Assembly: GCA_002633005.1 (NCBI GenBank)
Contig: NMRA01000995.1
Span: forward strand, 25,971 to 75,991
Direction: 5' to 3'
DNA from: Phoronis australis
Taxonomy: Eukaryota; Animalia; Phoronida
DNA: 50,021 nt
Within the stretch, counting starts at the first letter, position 1. Each line of letters starts with the position of its first letter. This document shows, piece by piece, positions 46,601 to 50,021 of this stretch. The notes under the pieces were generated by a model, which worked only from the letters and a program-made list of their open reading frames with translations, did not search any database and was not told the DNA's origin. The position numbers were made by a program, and so were the translations under genes.

Positions 46601-48643
46601 TTTCGTTTCATATTATTGCTTTGATTCTTCCTGAACTCGTTTTTAGCAACTAAACCAATGCCATCCAGGCCTGGACGGCTTCCACGTTTAGACGTTTTGC
46701 CAGAGTGCAGACGATCAGTAGTATCACGTGACAACTTATTCAGAAACTGCAGGGCACGTTCAGAGAATCGAAAGGATTTGACCGCGAGCGTCATCTGTGC
46801 ACGCTGCATCACACTCGTTCTATTTTCCTTTCGGTGCTCATTAGAAGACGGGAGTTTCTTTGACGACCACAGGGCTTTTTCGACGGTTTTTAGGCTTGTG
46901 TTGGGGTTCGTTACTTTGGAGTAAATGTCGAACAGACATTCTTAGGATCTACTTGCCTGTGCGGCTAGCTTTTTAACTTGCCCATCGGGCAAGTACTTGT
47001 CAAATTCCACTTGCCCGACGCAAAATCTACATGTACACGGGCAATCGGGCAACCGTTAGTGTTGAGCCCTGGTCCTTATTCGGTGGCCATTTTTGCTAAA
47101 AAATAAAGGCTGTCATAAAACCATAAAAGCTGGGTTATTTTGAAGTACGATAATTCCAGGTTTGTAATCTCATTTCGCACAAGAACCACCGAATAAAATT
47201 TCATGGCCTGATGTGTCACAGTTGTATAAAAGGGTTTGTGCACTACAACTTGCAGTCACAACCCACATCTATCAGAATCCAAAATATTCATAAGGCAGCT
47301 ATTATTAAATTTGAAGAAGTATGACATACCAAAGTAAGAAAAATCATTGTCGTGATGATCTGGTTGTTCTAGATGAGGCATTACATATCTTAACACAGTA
47401 CAATGAGTTTTTTTCTCTTACAATATGACTCTTACAAAAAGAAAACGATAAGTAACTACTTTTTCAAAAACTATATTGGTGCTATTTGCCCAGTTTTCAA
47501 TACATTCACCAGTTGTTTGAAATAAAGCAATGCTGGGTCCAGTGTTCAAATTGTATACAATAAACAAATGGTATTGGTCAGTGTATACACTATGTAATTT
47601 CATACACTCAATCAACATAAAATTTTCACTAATTACAAAAGTCTCGGGTGGTCTGAGCACCTGCCTTTGCAACTTTACAGTCACATGGCGTATCTTAAAT
47701 AAGATAGTTAGGAGGTATAAAGGATAATTACTATCCACACCAGCTGATTCTTCTTAATTTGAATTACTTCTGCAAAAGTGTGCAGTGCTGGCGGATAACA
47801 TTGCCAAGAAAAAAATACTGTGATTGAATTTTCCTTTACATTTACACAACGTAGTTGTCATCCACAGGTAGCGCAATAATACGACCACATTCAAACGCAA
47901 GTTCATCGAGTTCTAAACATATGTTGATATTACGACTGCATATTGGAAGTTGGGAGAAGTATCAACACTGCAAGATTAAGATAAAAATAGTCATTTTATA
48001 TCTCCTAACTGAAACCGACCCACATATGTGAGTGTTTATAAGGAAAAAAGAAGTACCTTGGGAGGTGTATTTGTTACCATTACCCAATATAACGAAATGA
48101 AACCGGTTCCGATAGTTTGTTGTGATGTATGTACGCAAACTCGTGGAAGAACATGCACTTCATAAAAAATCGGAAAAACAAAAGAAACTGGCCAGTAGGT
48201 GACGCTATATTTCATGTCGCCGAAAGCATATGCACAAGAATCCAAAAGATTCTGCCACAATTTTAGTAGAATAACACCGCTAGAACGACAATTTTTCCCC
48301 AACACCGGTAAACATTTAAGTTTACCCAGGGACTAGTGTAGTATTTAATGACACTAATTTTCCCCACATTTTATTTGGCGCAAAGCTGAATATTCAGCAT
48401 ATAGCCCAAGGCTAACTCAGTACTGTGGCCGTGTAGGGCCTGTGGCCTGTGCCCGTGGCTGTGCCAGTGGCAGTGGAGTGTGGCTCTGGATGCTGAGCCC
48501 GTGCATAGTTTCTGAGCTAGTTAGCTGGTACAATTAAACAAATCAGAACGGATCACAACCAAGCTTACCAACGATTAGTTTTACAAAAAACTTACCGCTT
48601 CTTCAGCTCTTCTTTGAAACTCCAACAAAACTTTATCAGCCAT
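1528..48643 (-). CDS. RARS1: Arginine--tRNA ligase, cytoplasmic (spliced gene, 11 coding exons in window, 3' end outside window)
   Basis: join(48596-48643,44807-44953,44349-44537,42299-42388,41146-41324,38620-38803,37739-37868,36244-36351,35114-35292,34234-34343,1528-1633) = 1470 nt, open frame, all GT-AG, compatible phases. Contains [34 protein letters not shown] (HIGH motif), [23 protein letters not shown] and KKFKTRSG (KMSKS equivalent). Confidence 0.97.
6880..7082 (+). repeat. 3' fragment of the CCACTAG-family repeat
   Basis: Aligns by eye to about 29050-29300 (gaggtaa.tgtaaaaaactaaaattgccac...ccgtcccatccatg.aaggaac). Confidence 0.7.
7954..8447. mobile_element. hAT-like MITE, CAGGGCTTGGAAT family (complete)
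   Basis: TIRs CAGGGCTTGGAAT / ATTCCAAGCCTTG; related copies at 1-324, 27121 and 43355-43606; no clear TSD here. Confidence 0.8.
8493..8777. mobile_element. Possible Kolobok-like MITE
   Basis: ttaa|ggataaaaga ... tctttcc|ttaa: short inverted ends with TTAA on both sides. Confidence 0.35.
8787..9828. mobile_element. Non-autonomous Tc1/mariner-pogo-like element (GGGCGGTTAA family)
   Basis: ta|gcgtaaacgttcgggttaacg left end, internally deleted right end ...acgg|ta; about 9430-9825 is homologous to 22660-23050. Confidence 0.75.
10640..10830 (+). repeat. Degenerate CCACTAG-family fragment
   Basis: aaaaatggtcactaggcgacaaa...actgcctaataga.gcctat similar to 28551-28640. Confidence 0.45.
13335..13352 (+). 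promoter_or_regulatory. Probable splice acceptor of the GPCR coding exon
   Basis: tttatgtttttacag ends 67 nt upstream of the ATG, implying an upstream non-coding exon. Confidence 0.6.
13420..14955 (+). CDS. Divergent orphan class A (rhodopsin-like) GPCR, 511 aa, single coding exon, nested antisense in RARS1 intron 10
   Basis: Seven hydrophobic segments; N-terminal NVT and NAS sequons; TM1 GN; TM2 Pro (WVPF); Cys at top of TM3 and in ECL2; TM6 FFLPY; over 200-aa third intracellular loop; Cys-rich tail. First in-frame ATG is 13420 (the ORF track start 13375 is TTG, preceded by an in-frame stop). Confidence 0.85.
   Translation: MSTVSVENVTFNASRPTGIATPINILALGMLSTSCLVGVVGNVCILVALATDWHLKKRKFFMEIVLCAIGLAACIVWVPFQIQRLDHRRHFTTDADHMTCLINSFVHTTFSIASALFISLLGVKKMVQLHSLSTKLQVYVEVIGTVSAIAISLLFGILSVTNGKEDWLIYITCMHRPPAHTAEGIILSTFYCVLLASIMTIQLYSLCAKKESGTSQRTGKYGQDNTPSNNGSVACVSHTEASSQVFEIRQPDNLQIPQFEQVLNDGLPPIERAVTPRLIYVQGNGIADQQLGQTQKNHQKKSFRKQLSVRRHTVAKVDSGKVQSEHDYKYIRKYSVDPAALMNQLENPKMHGGNYPFFTQQSSLSKQSVNQDHQHQHQDDSPSEELQQVAISNCTSIEALSTSQHTVSETDDHQLSYHYYRSLVRYTIFIAISFLFFLPYPIVSAHGYLMDAATYWDSATVTMAACMVPNIVFSLAIPYVDMRIGRSISKLHKRWMNFCSRTQCRKCSDKK
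15243..16329. repeat. 389-bp direct duplication (15243-15631 / 15941-16329), probable two haplotypes
   Basis: Near-identical copies with a few SNPs, offset 698 bp, separated by a TE fragment and a single N. Confidence 0.9.
15632..15936. mobile_element. Inverted right end of a GGGCGGTTAA-family element, cut by a contig join
   Basis: TA|CCGTAATCGTTCGGGTTAACG, reverse complement of about 22800-23115; ends at N 15937. Confidence 0.85.
16893..17720. mobile_element. Possible Kolobok-like (TTAA-flanked) non-autonomous element
   Basis: Right end ctacataacc|ttaa; degenerate left end aa|ggtatt; contains the 171-bp dimer. Confidence 0.35.
17230..17560. repeat. Two tandem ~171-bp units
   Basis: cacattcata.caa.acaacag.ttcaa...aaaaactgttgcaattttct...cttacaaaac starts at 17230 and 17401. 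Confidence 0.8.
19563..20401. mobile_element. Truncated copy of the HIRAN-carrying TIR transposon (right TIR only)
   Basis: Ends CTTATTAGGGCGAATACAG|TA; I found no matching left TIR. Confidence 0.72.
19676..20026 (+). pseudogene. Stand-alone HIRAN-domain gene remnant in a transposon (copy A)
   Basis: Manual translation: [33 protein letters not shown][fs][63 protein letters not shown]. Shows the HIRAN hallmarks GxxxY, NPxD and VGHIPR; frameshift near 19778, stop at 19915-19917. Confidence 0.8.
21787..23115. mobile_element. Non-autonomous Tc1/mariner-pogo-like element, complete, TA TSD
   Basis: TA|CCGTAATCGTTCGGGTTAACG ... CGTTAACCCGGACGATTACGG|TA; multiple GGGCGGTTAA subterminal repeats at both ends. 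Confidence 0.88.
25485..25803 (-). pseudogene. Stand-alone HIRAN-domain gene remnant (copy B)
   Basis: Manual translation: [21 protein letters not shown]...[21 protein letters not shown]...[38 protein letters not shown]; homologous to copy A, more decayed. Confidence 0.75.
27121..27151. mobile_element. Left end of a CAGGGCTTGGAAT-family MITE running into the gap
   Basis: catggcttggaatgactaatgacaaaaa matches 7954-7981. Confidence 0.65.
27152..27384. other. Assembly gap (233 N)
   Basis: Run of N. Confidence 0.99.
27567..28520 (+). mobile_element. CpG-rich Helentron-like non-autonomous element
   Basis: Begins aacaatag, ends with hairpin tacttgacggaattc-gaa-gaattccgccaagta (28486-28518); CpG retention suggests a young copy. 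Left boundary approximate. Confidence 0.55.
28521..29303 (+). repeat. Helentron/DINE-1-like repeat (CCACTAG family), best-preserved copy
   Basis: Five subrepeats with ~407-bp higher-order period, a (GGAC/GGAT)n tract at about 29219-29255, and a 3' imperfect hairpin followed by ataaaaaa. Confidence 0.65.
29526..30065. repeat. Degenerate member of the same Harbinger-like MITE family
   Basis: tcgagtacagaatgacttacgtagat is the reverse complement of about 49300-49326; end gagttcgatt...agattagacc matches 40500-40529. Confidence 0.45.
30394..30468 (+). mobile_element. tRNA-derived SINE head (or decayed tRNA pseudogene)
   Basis: A-box-like tggcctaataga (30401) and B box gggttcaaatccc (30446-30458) at tRNA spacing; acceptor and anticodon stems do not pair. 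Confidence 0.6.
31641..32058. mobile_element. Possible Kolobok-like MITE
   Basis: ataa|ggtact ... aatacc|ttaa; short TIR only. Confidence 0.3.
33486..33595 (-). CDS. RARS1: RARS1 exon 10, copy B (probable allelic duplicate from assembly)
   Basis: Same 110 nt and splice sites, one synonymous difference seen (GGG vs GGT); lies in a ~750-bp direct duplication joined by a single N at 33885. Confidence 0.75.
34234..34343 (-). CDS. RARS1: RARS1 exon 10, copy A ([17 protein letters not shown]...[12 protein letters not shown])
   Basis: tctcaccag acceptor, AA|gtgagt donor, 110 nt. Confidence 0.93.
35114..35292 (-). CDS. RARS1: RARS1 exon 9 ([10 protein letters not shown]...[12 protein letters not shown]...YVVDAGQ)
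   Basis: caccag acceptor, CAG|gtatgt donor, 179 nt. Confidence 0.97.
36244..36351 (-). CDS. RARS1: RARS1 exon 8 ([11 protein letters not shown]...[11 protein letters not shown]...DDK)
   Basis: tttgcag acceptor, G|gtattt donor, 108 nt; RGESFY motif. Confidence 0.96.
37739..37868 (-). CDS. RARS1: RARS1 exon 7 ([17 protein letters not shown]...[11 protein letters not shown])
   Basis: ttgaag acceptor, G|gtgagt donor, 130 nt; [13 protein letters not shown] motif. Not in the ORF track. Confidence 0.95.
38620..38803 (-). CDS. RARS1: RARS1 exon 6 (STIIGDS...[17 protein letters not shown]...QAFYK)
   Basis: tattcag acceptor, AAG|gtgagt donor, 184 nt. Confidence 0.97.
39325..39725 (-). mobile_element. 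5' end of a PIF/Harbinger transposon with transposase N-terminus
   Basis: Terminus GGCAGCCGATTTCATAAA, many palindromic AAACCWGGT subterminal motifs; ORF from 39462 reads MADSDLR...[24 protein letters not shown] (HARBI1-like N-terminal motif), cut by N 39324. Confidence 0.7.
40118..40539. mobile_element. Harbinger-like MITE
   Basis: TIRs ctgggcctagggtcta / tagacctgaggcccag; interior (gtgtactcgagca.agaataata...ttatcttgatt) shared with 49014-49437. Confidence 0.65.
41146..41324 (-). CDS. RARS1: RARS1 exon 5 ([13 protein letters not shown]...[16 protein letters not shown]), HIGH motif
   Basis: cccag acceptor, AG|gtttg donor, 179 nt; class I aaRS HIGH signature (HVGH). Confidence 0.97.
41400..41780. 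mobile_element. MITE / long imperfect inverted repeat
   Basis: Perfect 15-bp IR catggctgccacact (41406-41420) / agtgtggcagccatg (41758-41772), plus catgggcccaaaaaact / agtttattgggctcatg. Confidence 0.65.
42299..42388 (-). CDS. RARS1: RARS1 exon 4 ([30 protein letters not shown])
   Basis: ttttgcag acceptor, AAG|gtatgt donor, 90 nt; PRxIA motif. Confidence 0.95.
43355..43606. mobile_element. Short diverged member of the CAGGGCTTGGAAT MITE family
   Basis: tAGGGCTTGGAATGACCAATGACAAAAA ... AATTCCAAGCCCTG; flanks aatatt/agtatt. Confidence 0.7.
44349..44537 (-). CDS. RARS1: RARS1 exon 3 (NIAMET...[17 protein letters not shown])
   Basis: catccacag acceptor, CAA|gtaggt donor, 189 nt; FGDYQCN motif. 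Confidence 0.95.
44807..44953 (-). CDS. RARS1: RARS1 exon 2 ([12 protein letters not shown]...[21 protein letters not shown]), N-terminal leucine zipper
   Basis: tttctag acceptor, CAG|gtatgt donor, 147 nt; matches the vertebrate EEEIKSL...LQEENLKLKYRL pattern. Not in the ORF track. Confidence 0.92.
45709..47071 (-). mobile_element. hAT5-like deletion derivative with 5-bp TSD
   Basis: gtcct|CAGGGCTCAACATTAAC ... GTTAGTGTTGAGCCCTG|gtcct; ACTTGCCCG subterminal repeats; decayed TTF-type zinc-finger coding remnant on the minus strand. Confidence 0.85.
48425..48503. repeat. Degenerate (TGTGGC)n tract in RARS1 intron 1
   Basis: tgtggccgtgtagggcctgtggcctgtgcccgtggctgtgccagtggcagtggagtgtggctctgg. 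Confidence 0.7.
48596..48643 (-). CDS. RARS1: RARS1 coding exon 1 ([16 protein letters not shown])
   Basis: ATG at 48643-48641, 16 codons, then GCG|gtaag donor; phase 0 fits exon 2; resembles the start of the metazoan N-terminal coiled-coil extension. Confidence 0.8.
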
Positions 48644-49013
48644 CGAGACAGTTTAACTGGTGCTTCGATCAACGTGTGCCGGTAGATTCCTTCTGCTAAT
48701 AAAAATATGTGATCGCTCTCTTTCTGATGCAATACTTAGTTTGTCAGAATCATAAATTTGGATTTCGTGTGAATCTACAGTAGTTTCAGAATCGGTTCTT
48801 ATCTGGGATATGGATTATGTGACACAAGTCGCGTTATCTATTCTAGTACTTTTTTTTATTGTTTTAGGGAAGCCAAAGCCGCTTACGATTATCAAAATTG
48901 CTGCTGTGTCGGTGAACTTGCTGCGCGTGAACTTGGAATTCTGCTTCATCTCAAGATCGGGTATGCGTGAACTTCGAATACCACTATGAAAGTTCACTCA
49001 ATATAATCCAGCT

Positions 49014-49437
49014 GGGCCCGGTCTCTAATCTTTGTACTCGAAACGAACTCGAAACTATTTTCGGCAATTTCTCTGCTCCTTTTGTGCGAACTTAAGATAA
49101 TTGGTTATCAGACTGTGCTCGAATACATTATAGTTTATGCATAGGAGTTTCTAGTTCAAGTTTGCCTTGAAGCTGACCCTCATATTCGTGCTACAACTCG
49201 AGTAAAAAAGACTCCGAAATTTCGAGTTCAAACTCGAACTTATTATTTTCAGTTGATATTGGCCGGGTTTACAAACTGTGAATTAAGGGCAATAAGATTA
49301 TCTACGTAAGTTATTGTGTACTCGAGCAAAGAATAATAGACACTTATCTTGATTTCGCCCAAGTACACCATAACGGAAAATCATTGTCAAACCTACTGAA
49401 TTTCGAGTTCCATTTTCGAGTAATGGAGACCGGGCCC
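49014..49437. mobile_element. Harbinger-like MITE upstream of RARS1
   Basis: TIRs GGGCCCGGTCTC / GAGACCGGGCCC; related to 40118-40539 and 29526-30065. Confidence 0.7.
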
Positions 49438-49762
49438 CGAGGTCTACGCGTCTTTGAAAAACTGAACTGCACTAAACCAAATTACTTATTAATAAAACAA
49501 TTCAATTGCATTGTCACATGGCTACTAATCGGCTATCACGGAACGTCTTTACGGCCGGCCGCGCAATAGCTCTCCGCCCCGGCGGCGGCGGGAAGGCTAT
49601 ATCGGCACGTTTTCCAGTGCGACGGCGATGCATGTAGTACGTGCTCAGGGGCCCTCAAACGGGGTAAATCAACTCTACTGCCGGCTAGCTATCAAGTGAA
49701 AACCGGCCTCCGCCGTCGGTTTTAAGGTCACGCCGGCTGACCCCGCCGAGTGCCATAGCCTA

Positions 49763-50021
49763 CCCGGGTGAGAATTTTACACGTTTGACACGCTTTTGAG
49801 CGTGTCAAACGTGTAAAAAAACGTGTAATACGTGTCAAAATTGCCACGTTAACGTGTAAAACGTGTAAAAACATGACACGCTAGCGTGTCAAACGTGTAA
49901 AATTTGCCACGTTACCGTGTCAAACGTGTAAAATTTGCCACGTTAGCGTGTCAAACGTGTAAAATTTGCCACGTTAGCGTGTCAAACGTGTAAAATTTGC
50001 CACGTTAGCGTGTCAAACGTG
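49763..50021. repeat. 31-bp tandem array preceded by a hairpin, probably a DNA transposon terminus
   Basis: Unit cacgttagcgtgtcaaacgtgtaaaatttgc at 49877, 49908, 49939, 49970 and 50001; 20-bp stem 49775-49794 / 49799-49818; starts ta|ccc. Confidence 0.85.

Noticed and set aside
48880-48970. First exon of a divergent head-to-head gene (cgg|gtatgc donor)
   Set aside because: Only a weak donor-like motif, with no ORF or other support in the window.
49860-50021. 31-bp repeats as a CRISPR array
   Set aside because: Head-to-tail units with no unique spacers, no cas genes and a spliceosomal eukaryotic context.

Overview
AT-rich, intron- and transposon-rich animal DNA, most likely a marine invertebrate (species not determinable from the sequence). 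It comes from a draft assembly with one 233-N gap (27152-27384) and three single-N contig joins (15937, 33885, 39324). The backbone is the cytoplasmic arginyl-tRNA synthetase gene RARS1 on the minus strand. I traced 11 GT-AG exons by hand from the ATG at 48643 down to 1528 (1470 nt, 490 codons, phases compatible); the 3' end lies left of the window. Intron 10 is about 31.9 kb, against 0.27-3.6 kb for the other introns. It hosts, on the opposite strand, a 511-aa rhodopsin-family GPCR with an uninterrupted CDS (13420-14955) and strongly altered activation motifs. It also holds two decayed copies of a TA-flanked TIR transposon carrying a stand-alone HIRAN-domain gene, Helentron-like repeats with co-oriented arrays of CTCF-consensus motifs, and nested insertions. 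Elsewhere there is a hAT element with a perfect 5-bp TSD, a Harbinger transposase 5' fragment, MITEs, a tRNA-derived SINE head and a terminal 31-bp tandem array. Two apparent duplications (exon 10, and the GPCR 3' flank) are best explained as both haplotypes assembled side by side; one captures a filled and an empty transposon site. Family assignments come from motif recognition by eye, not database searches.
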